Virus record (IMG/VR): IMGVR_UViG_3300001533_002564 | Span: 32,001 to 96,000 of that record | Source: a virus | DNA: 64,000 nt | Strand: one strand, 5' to 3' | In this document: piece after piece, positions 39,239 through 49,786 of the stretch | Layout of the letters: every line of letters begins with the position of its first letter | Position numbering within the stretch: position 1 is the first letter of the stretch | Program-made: the position numbers and the translations under genes | Notes under the pieces: generated by a model | The model's input: only the letters and a program-made list of their open reading frames with translations | The model's database searches: none | What the model was told of the DNA's origin: nothing

Positions 39239-39539
39239 TATTTTTTAATTCATTTATTTCATTAGGATAAAGTGTAAATTCTTTACGATAAGGATATTCG
39301 TCTTTCTTATTTATATTTTTATAAAAAAATTTACCATGTGATTCAGCATCTTCAAATTCTTCATAAAATTCAGGTGTAATATTTTCATAAGAATATGTAT
39401 GACCACGACTAAATGCAATATATAATCGCTGCATTTTTGGGAAATATGTTGTTTTTAATATATTATCTGATTTAAAAACAGATTCAATATATCCTATTGA
39501 CTTGTCTTCATTTAATATTTCTTTTCTTTCTACTATCAT
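39207..39539 (-). CDS. KTSC-domain protein
   Basis: SDNI...Y....RLYIAF..G.TYSY..I....YEEF..AESHGKFF...I. Confidence 0.75.
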   Translation of the reverse strand: MIVERKEILNEDKSIGYIESVFKSDNILKTTYFPKMQRLYIAFSRGHTYSYENITPEFYEEFEDAESHGKFFYKNINKKDEYPYRKEFTLYPNEINELKNIVENKSEEDD

Positions 39540-39546
39540 AATTGAG

Positions 39547-39577
39547 CAAATATAATTAATTAATAATTAAAATCAAA
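39547..39577 (-). promoter_or_regulatory. Bacteroidota-type promoter TTTG-N19-TATATTTG
   Basis: Both -33 and -7 boxes present with 19-nt spacing. Confidence 0.7.
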
Positions 39578-39601
39578 GAGTATTTATATAAAAAAGTTTA
39601 A

Positions 39602-40369
39602 ATGGCACTTCCTAAAAAGAAAAATAAATTAACATTGGATATTAATCCACCTGAAGTAGGTACTAAATACTTGAAATATGGTTTTGACAGAATTGAAGAA
39701 CTTATGGGAAAAACAGATGTCAATACTAAGTATCTACCAAGAACAATTTTATTAGAAGACCTCGACCAAGCACTTTTTAATTATATTAATGAAGAAGGTA
39801 TGGAATTAACCCTCGATGGTAAATTAGTTCCTAATTTTTATCTTGATAATGACCGTTGGGGTGAATTTAGTAAGACATGGAAGTTTATGGATAATGATAA
39901 AAATGTACCAACACCATATATTACTGTTAGACGTATTGATAAACAAGCAGGTACAAGGCTTGGTACTAAATATAGGATACCACAACCACGTAGTTTTAGA
40001 TATATTAATGTTCCAATTATGGATGAAGGTCAATTAATTTATTTACAAATTAAAATACCTGAACCAGTAAACGTTGATATGATTTATGAAGTTGCTTTAT
40101 TTACAAAATATCGTGTTGATGTAAATCTATATGATGAACAAGTACTAAAGAATTTCGCAAGTCGTCAAGAATATGTTTGGGTTAAAGGAAATCCATTACC
40201 ATTACTTTTCGAAGGATTTGCTGAGTCTAATCCAATTGAAAATATTGATGGTGATAGATTCTTTGTATCAAAATATGCGTTAAAAATATTAGGTTTTATT
40301 CAAGATGAAAAAGAATTTGAAATTGTTAAAACTATTAGAGTTCCTAGAGTTGGTTATAATGTTTCATAA
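39602..40369 (+). CDS. Tail completion/sheath stabiliser (gp15-like)
   Basis: PYITVRR...PEPVNVDMIYEV pattern; late motif at 39580. Confidence 0.55.
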   Translation: MALPKKKNKLTLDINPPEVGTKYLKYGFDRIEELMGKTDVNTKYLPRTILLEDLDQALFNYINEEGMELTLDGKLVPNFYLDNDRWGEFSKTWKFMDNDKNVPTPYITVRRIDKQAGTRLGTKYRIPQPRSFRYINVPIMDEGQLIYLQIKIPEPVNVDMIYEVALFTKYRVDVNLYDEQVLKNFASRQEYVWVKGNPLPLLFEGFAESNPIENIDGDRFFVSKYALKILGFIQDEKEFEIVKTIRVPRVGYNVS

Positions 40370-41184
40370 TCACCATTTTCAGGATTAAATATATTACCAT
40401 CTGGATATTCTTGTTGTTTATTATCAAATTTCTCAACACTATCATTAATTTTATTTGAATATAAATTATTTAATGGAATTTGATATGCTTTTTGAAATGA
40501 ACCTTCATCAAAATACCATGTCATGTTTAATAAATCTAATTTTACTTTAAAATATAATTTTTCGGCAGTACTAAGACTTTCATTATATTTATTATAAAAT
40601 AATGAAATCTGACCTGTTTTAGCATTATAAAAACTGAATTTAATATAACCTTCTGCAATTATATTTCCAGATAATAAATTATTGTCAATAAATCTTTTAG
40701 GTACATACCAATAATTAAATTGATTTATTTTATTATCAGATAACCTATATTTTGGTATTGGAATGTAATTACTTACTTCACTATTTAATATTTGTGTGTT
40801 GTAAATGGTAAAGAACTTATTTTGGTCATAATAATTGAAATTATCATAAAAATCCATAATAAAGAAACTTTTTCTTAAATTAATACTTTTATCAGAAATT
40901 TCTTTTGATGTAAAATTAGCTGCACCTGAAAGAAAAGAATTATCATATGAATTACCATTAGTAATGAAGTAAAAAATGATATTACTTGTGAAAATTGTAG
41001 ATGTTTTATATTTAAATCTTCTAACTTCATTATCAATAATTGGATTAGTTAAATCTACTTTAACTTGTTCAGTTAATTTGTCAATTTCTTGTTGATAACC
41101 AATATGATTAGTATTTCTATCTAAAGTAATTTTTAGATTAATATCTTGATTAGTTGATTTTATTCTTTCTTTAATTATTGACAT
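40354..41184 (-). CDS. Putative virion structural protein
   Basis: 276 aa in a late operon. Confidence 0.55.
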   Translation of the reverse strand: MSIIKERIKSTNQDINLKITLDRNTNHIGYQQEIDKLTEQVKVDLTNPIIDNEVRRFKYKTSTIFTSNIIFYFITNGNSYDNSFLSGAANFTSKEISDKSINLRKSFFIMDFYDNFNYYDQNKFFTIYNTQILNSEVSNYIPIPKYRLSDNKINQFNYWYVPKRFIDNNLLSGNIIAEGYIKFSFYNAKTGQISLFYNKYNESLSTAEKLYFKVKLDLLNMTWYFDEGSFQKAYQIPLNNLYSNKINDSVEKFDNKQQEYPDGNIFNPENGDYETL

Positions 41185-42785
41185 GGTTTTCCTATATTAT
41201 CTAACTCAGTTATTGGTGTTTTATCGATAATTGTTGCATCATCACTAAATGATATTTCATTAAATACATTAATGGTATTTGTATGTTTTTCAAAACTTTC
41301 ATTACTTAAATTCGGAACAACACTAAATGTTATTGGTGAAAATAAATATCTTTTTCCATTAAAAAATGGATAGTCAACACCTAAATTAGAAATTGGTTCG
41401 GTATATCCTTGTTGAACAATATCACGCCAAACATATTTACCATCATTTTCAATAATCGTTGCAAAATCAGGTATTATTTCTAATTTTCTTTCATTTGGAT
41501 TTGGAATAAGACCAACTCTTATTCTTATGTAATCACCAGAATTATAATATTTTTCAATTATAACTCCTTCAGTTGAATTTGTTTCAAGATATTTTCTAGT
41601 TGTATTTGGTATTTTAACCCAACTAGTTCCATTAGTTGATTTTTCTAAATATGTTTCTGCTAAATATTTGTCAGTACCATCAGATAAATATATTTGTGTT
41701 TTAAAATTAATTTTATATGTTCTAGAATTTAAAAATTTAAGTGTACCTGTATTGGCATTAAAATTAAAATATGTATTTGTTTGAGTGTCCCAATTAGTAA
41801 TTGTTCTTGTTATTGTATTAAGATTTTGTTTTAAACTTTTAGTTGCGTTAATCTTATTTTTTGAACTATCATCTATTTTATATACATCAAGAGTTGTTGT
41901 GTTTTCGACAATTTTACTTAATTTAGCTGTACTAAGTACGCCATCAAAATATCTTAATTTAAACGGAATTAATGGATTATAACTCCATTCAAGATATTTC
42001 GTTGTACTACCTACTTTATATGGTGTTCTTATATAATATTTTTGATTTTCAATTTGGTTTTGTGAATATTCACTATCATTATATTCTATAAAATCATTAA
42101 TTAATCCACCGTTTACTTGAGCAAGATTATCACCAATATTTATATGTGCTGATGGTCTTCCAACATAACTACTTTTAAAATGATTACCTCTTGATGACCA
42201 CTTAATATATGACATTGATTCGGAAGTAATTTTCTTATATTGAGCATATAAAAATAATTCAGTTATTGGAAATCCAAAGGCATCATATAAATTATTAACA
42301 TCAAAATCTAAATTAAAACTAAATGCGTAACTTTGTTCACCAAATACATTATTACTAAATCCTGCATTATATATTTCAAAATTATTTGGTTTTGCCAGTA
42401 CTTTAAAACTTCTTTTATATTTATTAGTATTTCTTCCTATCTTAATATAACCAGTATCTGATGGTGCTACTAAATAAAAATCAAATGAATTAAATATATC
42501 TTTAAAACTTCCAGTCTTTTTAGGGTTAAAAAAATCTTCTAATTTATCATAACCTGATTTTAATCCATTTAATAATGATAAATATTCAATTCTACCATAT
42601 ATTCTATATATAGCATTAGCTTCTCTTTCATTATCAAATTGTTCTGTAGCATTTACAACATCATTAACAGTAAACTCAGTTATTCTACTTTCTTTTTTTG
42701 TTAATTCAATTTTATTGTAGTTGTCAACATTAACACTATTAATATTTTTCTCACTACCAAGTAATATTTTTAATTTATTATCCAT
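41175..42785 (-). CDS. Putative baseplate/virion structural protein
   Basis: 536 aa; 'WRDI...GY......GVDYPFFNG' C-terminus; late motif at 42791. Confidence 0.55.
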   Translation of the reverse strand: MDNKLKILLGSEKNINSVNVDNYNKIELTKKESRITEFTVNDVVNATEQFDNEREANAIYRIYGRIEYLSLLNGLKSGYDKLEDFFNPKKTGSFKDIFNSFDFYLVAPSDTGYIKIGRNTNKYKRSFKVLAKPNNFEIYNAGFSNNVFGEQSYAFSFNLDFDVNNLYDAFGFPITELFLYAQYKKITSESMSYIKWSSRGNHFKSSYVGRPSAHINIGDNLAQVNGGLINDFIEYNDSEYSQNQIENQKYYIRTPYKVGSTTKYLEWSYNPLIPFKLRYFDGVLSTAKLSKIVENTTTLDVYKIDDSSKNKINATKSLKQNLNTITRTITNWDTQTNTYFNFNANTGTLKFLNSRTYKINFKTQIYLSDGTDKYLAETYLEKSTNGTSWVKIPNTTRKYLETNSTEGVIIEKYYNSGDYIRIRVGLIPNPNERKLEIIPDFATIIENDGKYVWRDIVQQGYTEPISNLGVDYPFFNGKRYLFSPITFSVVPNLSNESFEKHTNTINVFNEISFSDDATIIDKTPITELDNIGKPCQ

Positions 42786-42819
42786 TTAACATAAATACAT
42801 TTATTTTTTTTTCTGATTT

Positions 42820-42850
42820 TTGTAACATATTAATTTTTATACCGTATAAT
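42820..42850 (+). promoter_or_regulatory. Putative early promoter TTGTAACATAT-N12-CGTATAAT
   Basis: Second copy of the motif at 8277-8307. Confidence 0.6.
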
Positions 42851-42878
42851 GAGTATGTTTAACTAAAAACTTATAAAA

Positions 42879-43370
42879 ATAAAAAAATTAACTTATTTAT
42901 TATTAGCAATGTTCGCAGTTGTACTTATGAGTACAAGTTGTGAAGAAGAAAATGTTACTCCTGATGAACTTACTGAAACACCAAAAATTACATTAGAAGA
43001 ATTCGAAGATTTATGGAATTTTGTTCAAGCCGAATATGATGATAAAACTTATTATAGTTGTGCTGATGTTGAAGATGACCCTGATGCCGATTCAAGATTA
43101 CGACTTGTTGAGATTAGAATTGAATTGATTCCATCTAATTATATTGTTGAAGAATATAATTGTAAAATATATTATAACCCTATTTGTCAAGATGGAAATG
43201 TTTGGGGTATTTATTGTAACTTAGATGAAACACAAAATACTTTTAAATTAGAAGGTGGGATGGTATTTAAAATATTAGAATATAATAAATCAACAGAAGA
43301 ATTAAAAGGAGAATTAATTGAAGGTTCGGGATATAATCTAGTTGGAGTAAAATATGTTTGGCAAAAATAA
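42879..43370 (+). CDS. Bacteroidota-type lipoprotein (lipocalin-like); signal peptide begins at an ATA codon
   Basis: (I/M)KKLTYLLLAMFAVVLMSTS|CEEEN lipobox followed by acidic residues. Confidence 0.65.
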   Translation: MKKLTYLLLAMFAVVLMSTSCEEENVTPDELTETPKITLEEFEDLWNFVQAEYDDKTYYSCADVEDDPDADSRLRLVEIRIELIPSNYIVEEYNCKIYYNPICQDGNVWGIYCNLDETQNTFKLEGGMVFKILEYNKSTEELKGELIEGSGYNLVGVKYVWQK

Positions 43371-43390
43371 TTTATTAAATTATAAATTTT

Positions 43391-43416
43391 AAACCCACCT
43401 AATTGGTGGGTTTTTT
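43391..43416. terminator. Bidirectional terminator
   Basis: AAACCCACC-taatt-GGTGGGTTTTTT. Confidence 0.85.
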
Positions 43417-43417
43417 A

Positions 43418-45508
43418 TTAAATATTTAATATTGATGCAACAAATTTAATTGAATCTGCTGAGTCAAATCCTTTGTAAAAATAAAATTTATCATCTTTAG
43501 AATTAGTATTACTCACAGGATTGCCATTATTACCACCCCCTTTTATTGGGCATGGGTCTCCACCCCAAGAAGGTGGTGTTTTACCATTTCGATAATCACC
43601 TTTTAAGTTATTATCTGCTAAATAATTATCTGTTGTATTATCAAATCCTTTTTTATTAAAATTATTTAATATTTTTATGTCGGTTTTAGGTACTTTAATA
43701 AAATCAGTCCAATGTAAATCAGAACGTAAATACCATTTATTATTAACAATTCCATCAGCAATTAATCTTTCATTATTATTAGTAAAAAAATCATTATAAC
43801 TACCATTATATCTTTGAAAATATGAATTAGTTTTCATATTACCAAAATCACTCGTGACAACATAACCGATGTTAGGTAAATAAATTGAAAAATTTAACCA
43901 ATTTGAACCAAAAGCCTTCGTAGTTGAAACATTAGTAGTACCATTACTTGGAAATTCATTATCATCATCAATTACTACAACACCAACATTCCAATTTGGG
44001 TCAAATTGTAATTTATTTATAGTATCACTGTTTTCAAAACCATTATCTGGTGTTCCTGTTTCAGACCCACTAGTATTTGCTACAAGACCGTTAAATTTTG
44101 CAACACTATATACTTCATTTGCTTTAAATGTATAATGTTGATTATTCCATTTAAATGCATGTGGATAATACGAAAAATCCTTATTTCTTGGTGCGTGTTG
44201 AGGAATTTTTATTCTTGTTCTAAAAACAGTAACTGAATTATTATTACTGCCAATAGCATTATCATATTTTTTATTTGGGGTTGATAAATCTTCTTCGGTT
44301 ATTTCTAAGGTTATGAATCCTTTAAACTCAGTATATACACCACCATCATATGAATCATCAACTTCTATTGGGTCGCCTACTTCATTCTCAATTATTTTTT
44401 TCCGATTACAATTGATAATAAAAACAAATTCACCATCATTTTTATGAATAGTATATTGGCTTTTATCTAAAACTAACATTTTTTTTGCTAGTTCTTCAGT
44501 ATAATAATTTTCATTTATTTCAGTATCACTAATATTGTTTGGATAATAATATATTTTTTCAGTAATATTACCAATTCGCTTACTACTAATTTTATAATTA
44601 TCACCTTTATTAATTCTATATAATTGTTCAACAGCATGAACTTCATTATCACTTTCCCAATTAGCCGCCCATCTTGATTCATATGCATCAGTAAATATAC
44701 TTCCAAAAATAGTAAATGTATTGTTTAGTTCAGCACGAATTCTAAAATCTTGTCTTGTAATACCTATTTCAAAATTTTCAACATCACCCCAAAACGGAAT
44801 AATATCAACACTAATTTCTTGTGTTTCAATATGTGGTAAATCAACTAAATCTTTACTTGGTTTTATTCTAGTATTATTGTTTGTAAATAAATTAGGTGAA
44901 TAACCTAGATTAATAACCATTGCAGCAGGTGTCATACTATATTCTCCAATATCTGTAATATCAACACTCAAATGAACAGTTTGTGTACCAACAGGTACTC
45001 CAAAAATCATATAATCACCATTACTATTGGTTAATGCAGTATATTTATAATATTTTTTATATATATCAAGATATTGTTTATTAGCTAATATTTCTTCTTT
45101 AGTTGGAAAACTCCCAAATGATTGTTGTGGTGTTATAAGTTCAGTATTGGGGTCTTTAGTTGAGACTCTCGGTAATAAATTATATTTTTTACCTTCATTA
45201 TTTTTTATTCTCGGAGTACTATATGGATATATACTATATATATCTGAATTTAATGCATCTTCTTCTGTTAGTGGTATAAATATACTGATTTTAGCATTAG
45301 GAATTCCAATCCCTTTATTTGCAATCACTCTACCAACTAAAACACCATAATCTGAATTAAAATTTTGATATATATCAGCAGTTCCTATTTTTAAAGACAT
45401 GAACTCAAGTGTTTCAACATCTTGGTCAAGCTTGACTTTAATATATTTATCTTGATTTCGGTTACCAGTATCACCTGTACTCAAATAAATTCGTTGTGAT
45501 TTGTTCAT
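43418..45508 (-). CDS. Putative baseplate/virion structural protein
   Basis: 696 aa; YGVLVGRVIAN.GIGIPNAKISIFIP (prealbumin-like fold); late motif at 45524. Confidence 0.55.
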   Translation of the reverse strand: MNKSQRIYLSTGDTGNRNQDKYIKVKLDQDVETLEFMSLKIGTADIYQNFNSDYGVLVGRVIANKGIGIPNAKISIFIPLTEEDALNSDIYSIYPYSTPRIKNNEGKKYNLLPRVSTKDPNTELITPQQSFGSFPTKEEILANKQYLDIYKKYYKYTALTNSNGDYMIFGVPVGTQTVHLSVDITDIGEYSMTPAAMVINLGYSPNLFTNNNTRIKPSKDLVDLPHIETQEISVDIIPFWGDVENFEIGITRQDFRIRAELNNTFTIFGSIFTDAYESRWAANWESDNEVHAVEQLYRINKGDNYKISSKRIGNITEKIYYYPNNISDTEINENYYTEELAKKMLVLDKSQYTIHKNDGEFVFIINCNRKKIIENEVGDPIEVDDSYDGGVYTEFKGFITLEITEEDLSTPNKKYDNAIGSNNNSVTVFRTRIKIPQHAPRNKDFSYYPHAFKWNNQHYTFKANEVYSVAKFNGLVANTSGSETGTPDNGFENSDTINKLQFDPNWNVGVVVIDDDNEFPSNGTTNVSTTKAFGSNWLNFSIYLPNIGYVVTSDFGNMKTNSYFQRYNGSYNDFFTNNNERLIADGIVNNKWYLRSDLHWTDFIKVPKTDIKILNNFNKKGFDNTTDNYLADNNLKGDYRNGKTPPSWGGDPCPIKGGGNNGNPVSNTNSKDDKFYFYKGFDSADSIKFVASILNI

Positions 45509-45789
45509 TTTAAAATGTTTACTATAAATACTAATACGAAAAAAACTAAAAAATATTGATTTTTTTTATTTTAAAATTTAAAGAAATTGAAACAAATTTA
45601 AACTAAAAAATCTCATTTTTTTTAAAATTAACACATAAAAATTAAAAAAACAATAAAATCAGGTCTTATTGATAAGAATAGCAATATTATAATAATTAAA
45701 TCAAAACTTCTTTTCGATATTTTTTAAGTATTTATTGAAAAGAACGAGCATAATAAAATAAAAATAATAAAATTTAAAATAAAAATAAT

Positions 45790-48546
45790 ATGGCAGATTT
45801 CGTATTCACCTCTCCGGGTGTAAAATTTAAAGAACGTGACCTTACTTTTGTAACACGTAATGTGGGTATAACAACATTAGGTCTAGTTGGTGAAACATTG
45901 AAGGGTCCTGCATTTGAACCTGTTTTCATTCAAGACCAAGGACAATTTTCAGATAAATTTGGAACGCAAAGCACAAAAAGATTTCAGAATAAAACATTAC
46001 AATATCAATTACCTTATATTGCAAATGCATATTTAGGTGAAGCACAACAACTTTGGGTAACCAGAGTTCTAGGACTTAGTGGTTATCAGGCAGGAACTGC
46101 TTGGAACATTACTTTAGATGCTGGTGTTGATACTTCTACTAGTGGTGTTACTAATACAATTACAAATACAGGTATTGCGTTTACAGATAATACATATTTA
46201 GGTGTACCATTAACAGACACAGATGCAACTGGTTCATTAGAATCTGGTTATACAAAAAATGGAAGTACTTTTACTCAGGTTGTTCATGAATTTACTGCAA
46301 CAACATATAATGGTACTACAGGTGATGGTGAAGTTACAGATAAAGAAACTACTTATACAGCATCATCATATGTTGAATATGAAAATATGGTTCTTGCTAC
46401 AATTAGAAGTAGAGCTGATTCAAAAACACCAATTGATAGTGCTCCTGTTACGACATTCATAACAGATAGTCTTGAAATAACAGCTAACACTACTTCTGGT
46501 GCAATGAATCCAACGGGTGATTTATTTAGTAATTTTACTTTACTTGCAAAAGATACTGGTGGAACAACTATTGGAACATATAAGGCATCATTAAATCCAA
46601 ATGATAGTAATTATTTACCAAATGTAATTGGTAATGAACCAAAAGATAAAAATACTGCTATTTGGGTACAAGCAATTTATCCTGACTTAATAAAAAAACT
46701 TGATGAAGATGGTATTGCATATGCAATCAATACTAAAATGATTACTGGTTCTACTGATGTATTTACTGATTATCAAATTGGATTTCAAACACCTGAAACA
46801 CCTTGGGTTGTTTCACAATTAAAAGGTAATGGTGTTGAAAGATTGTTTAAATTCATTAGTATATCTGATGGAGATAGTGCTAATCAAGAAATTAAAATTA
46901 CAATTGGTAATATTGACTCATATACTGGTGAATTTGATGTTGCTATTCGTAATTTTTATGATACTGATGCAAATCCTATTACATTAGAAACATATACTAA
47001 GTGTAGTATGCTTAAAAGTGCTTCAAATTATGTTGGTCAGCGTATTGGTACAAGTGATGGTGAATTTACTCTTAAAAGTGATTATGTGATGCTTGAAATG
47101 GCAGAAGACATTTCATTAGATGTATATCCAGCAGGTTTTGAAGGTTATATGTTTAATAATTATGCTAGTTCAGCTACAGGTGATGGTACTACAACAGGTA
47201 TTGCACCAAAAATATTCTATAAAACCGAATATGAAGATACAGATAAAGTTTCTAAAACATATTTAGGTATTTCTGAACTTGCACATACTAATGATGGTAT
47301 TAATCAAAACATGTTTAACTTTAATAATTGGTATAATGGTCAAGATTCAGATGATTTTAGTAAATCTAAAGGTTTTCATATGGATTCTGGAGCAACTAGT
47401 ATATTAATTGATGGTAATATTACTGGTGAATTTGAAGTGGGTGAAGGAACATTTGGAGCAGTAAGTGATATTAATACAGATAATCCTTATTTTGATAAAA
47501 AGAAAAGAAAATTTACTTTAGTTCCTGCTGGTGGTTTTGATGGATGGGATGTTCATAGAAAAGAACGTTCATATGGTGATATGTTTGTGCAGGGTGGTAG
47601 ACAGAGTGGTCATCCGGGTGAGCCATTAGTGATTCCAACTAATGATTTTCAAGCATGGGAAATGGCAGTTGATACTTTTGCTAATCCTGAAAATATTACA
47701 ATTAACCTTTTTGCAACTCCGGGTATTAATTGGGCATATCAAACTACATTAGTTCAGAACACAATTGATATGATTGAACAACAAAGAACTGATACATTAT
47801 ATGTGATTGATTCACCTCAAGGTTCTGTTGAACCAACTGTTGCTGATGGTGGTAAGGCTGATGTTAATGCAGCAGATGATATTGTCGGATTACTTGGTGA
47901 TACTGAAATCGATAGTAGTTATGCTTGTACTTATTATCCTTGGATTCAAATGAGAGACGTTCAAAATAATGTTAATGTTTATATTCCACCTACTGGTGAA
48001 GTAGTAAAAGCAATGGCATTCACTGATAATATTTCATTCCCTTGGTTTGCACCTGCTGGTTTAAATCGTGGTGTAACTAATGCAAGAAAATCACAATATA
48101 AATTATCGTTAGAAGCACGTGATATTCTTTATGAAGCAAGAATTAACCCAATGGCAGATTTTGCAGATAGTGGTACTGCAATTTTCGGACAGAAAACACT
48201 TCAAGTTAGAGAAAGTGCACTTGATAGAATTAATGTTCGTAGATTATTGCTTCAGATTAAAGTTCTTATTTCAAATATTGCAGTTAGACTTTTATTTGAA
48301 CAAAATGACCAAGCAACAATTGACCAATTCTTAAATAAAGCAAATCCTATTCTTGATAGTATTAAAAGAGAACGAGGCTTAACTGATTTTAGAATAACTA
48401 TGGATAATACAAATAATACTCCAGAAACTAGAGATAGAAACGAATTATATGGAGAGATATTTTTAAAACCAACTAGAGCAGTTGAATTTATTGGAATTAC
48501 GTTTACTATTACTCCTTCAGGAGCATCATTTGATGATGTATCATAA
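45790..48546 (+). CDS. Tail sheath protein (gp18-like)
   Basis: SPGV..KE.D, PWFAPAGLNRG, GQKTLQ, DRINVRRLL, KPTRAVEFI. Confidence 0.95.
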   Translation: MADFVFTSPGVKFKERDLTFVTRNVGITTLGLVGETLKGPAFEPVFIQDQGQFSDKFGTQSTKRFQNKTLQYQLPYIANAYLGEAQQLWVTRVLGLSGYQAGTAWNITLDAGVDTSTSGVTNTITNTGIAFTDNTYLGVPLTDTDATGSLESGYTKNGSTFTQVVHEFTATTYNGTTGDGEVTDKETTYTASSYVEYENMVLATIRSRADSKTPIDSAPVTTFITDSLEITANTTSGAMNPTGDLFSNFTLLAKDTGGTTIGTYKASLNPNDSNYLPNVIGNEPKDKNTAIWVQAIYPDLIKKLDEDGIAYAINTKMITGSTDVFTDYQIGFQTPETPWVVSQLKGNGVERLFKFISISDGDSANQEIKITIGNIDSYTGEFDVAIRNFYDTDANPITLETYTKCSMLKSASNYVGQRIGTSDGEFTLKSDYVMLEMAEDISLDVYPAGFEGYMFNNYASSATGDGTTTGIAPKIFYKTEYEDTDKVSKTYLGISELAHTNDGINQNMFNFNNWYNGQDSDDFSKSKGFHMDSGATSILIDGNITGEFEVGEGTFGAVSDINTDNPYFDKKKRKFTLVPAGGFDGWDVHRKERSYGDMFVQGGRQSGHPGEPLVIPTNDFQAWEMAVDTFANPENITINLFATPGINWAYQTTLVQNTIDMIEQQRTDTLYVIDSPQGSVEPTVADGGKADVNAADDIVGLLGDTEIDSSYACTYYPWIQMRDVQNNVNVYIPPTGEVVKAMAFTDNISFPWFAPAGLNRGVTNARKSQYKLSLEARDILYEARINPMADFADSGTAIFGQKTLQVRESALDRINVRRLLLQIKVLISNIAVRLLFEQNDQATIDQFLNKANPILDSIKRERGLTDFRITMDNTNNTPETRDRNELYGEIFLKPTRAVEFIGITFTITPSGASFDDVS

Positions 48547-48570
48547 CAATAATGATAACAAATAAATATA

Positions 48571-48598
48571 AAAAAACCTGCAAATTTGCAGGTTTTTT
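48571..48598. terminator. Intrinsic terminator after the sheath gene
   Basis: AAAAAACCTGCAAA/TTTGCAGGTTTTTT. Confidence 0.85.
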
Positions 48599-48648
48599 AT
48601 TTTACAAGTATTTAGATATAAATTATAGTAATTAAAATTTAAATAATT

Positions 48649-49110
48649 ATGATTAGAAAAAAGAAAAATGTTCTTAATCAAAATATAAAAAAGGAACCAA
48701 TAATCGAAAAAGAGAATATTGAAGAAGAAGAATTAAAATATAATGAAGATTATGTTGAAAATACTGAATCAAATAAAAATAGATGAGAAAATTCACCTTA
48801 TTTACTGGGTTTAAATGGTAATACTGATGAATCAAAAACAAAATTATTTGAAGCAACTCCAAAACAACGAGTACCTGAAAATAATGAATTAAATAATCAA
48901 GATTCATTAACTGGTTTAAAAAATGATGAACAACCACAATATCCATTACAAGATGAAAATATTGAAGAAGCTCCTGAAGAAATTGTTCAACAAATATTAG
49001 AATATTATCCAAAAAAAGATAAAGTGGAAGAAAAACCATAAAGAACATTAAAGAGTCTTAGTAAATCAGAACTTAGATTTTATCAAAGAACAGGTATTAT
49101 GCCTAAATAA
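48649..49110 (+). pseudogene. Acidic 153-codon gene with two in-frame stops (TGA 48784, TAA 49039)
   Basis: MIRKKKNV...NKNR*ENSPYL...EEKP*RTLKSLSKSELRFYQRTGIMPK*; GTATTTAG variant motif at 48608. Confidence 0.7.
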
Positions 49111-49201
49111 CATTTATTAATAATATTCAGTATTGTTTTCAAATACACGAGTATTTATTATTAAACGTAAAAATAAATAAAACAAATTAAATTTAGATAA
49201 A

Positions 49202-49699
49202 ATGGCAGCAGAAGAAACAATGATAAGAACGATGCCTTTTGATTACGAACCAAAAAGAGTCAATAGATTCTTTGCAGTTTTTAATGATTCATTAGGAATT
49301 CAGGTTTGGAAGGTTCAAAAGTTTAAAAGACCTTCAATGAAAATAAATAGTGTTCCAATTCAATATATGAACGAGCAAAACTATGTTGCTGGTAGATATA
49401 CTTGGGATACTATGTCGATTACATTTCTTGACCCAATCGGTCCGTCTACTTCACAACAATTAATGGAATGGGTTCGTTTACATGCAGAATCACTTACTGG
49501 ACGTATGGGTTACGCAGCAGGTTATAAAAAAAACATAACACTTAAATCATTAGACCCAACAGGTGTTGAAGTTGAAAAATGGTTTTTAGAACAATGTATG
49601 ATAACAAGTATTGATTTTGGTGAAAATGATTATACTAATGATGAATTAACTAATATAACATTAGAGATTCAGCCGTGGAGATGTATTTTAAATCTGTAA
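49202..49699 (+). CDS. Tail tube protein (gp19-like)
   Basis: EPKRVNRF, YVAGRYTW..MSITF.DP, YKKNITL..LDPTG..VEKW. Confidence 0.9.
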   Translation: MAAEETMIRTMPFDYEPKRVNRFFAVFNDSLGIQVWKVQKFKRPSMKINSVPIQYMNEQNYVAGRYTWDTMSITFLDPIGPSTSQQLMEWVRLHAESLTGRMGYAAGYKKNITLKSLDPTGVEVEKWFLEQCMITSIDFGENDYTNDELTNITLEIQPWRCILNL

Positions 49700-49719
49700 T
49701 AATCAAATATTTAAAATTA

Positions 49720-49757
49720 TTTATTTAAAGCCACCAATATTGGTGGTTTTAAATAAA
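49720..49757. terminator. Terminator after the tail tube gene
   Basis: TTTAAAGCCACCAATATTGGTGGTTTTAAA near-palindrome. Confidence 0.8.
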
Positions 49758-49786
49758 TTAATAATGGGAAACGTAAACAAATTAAT

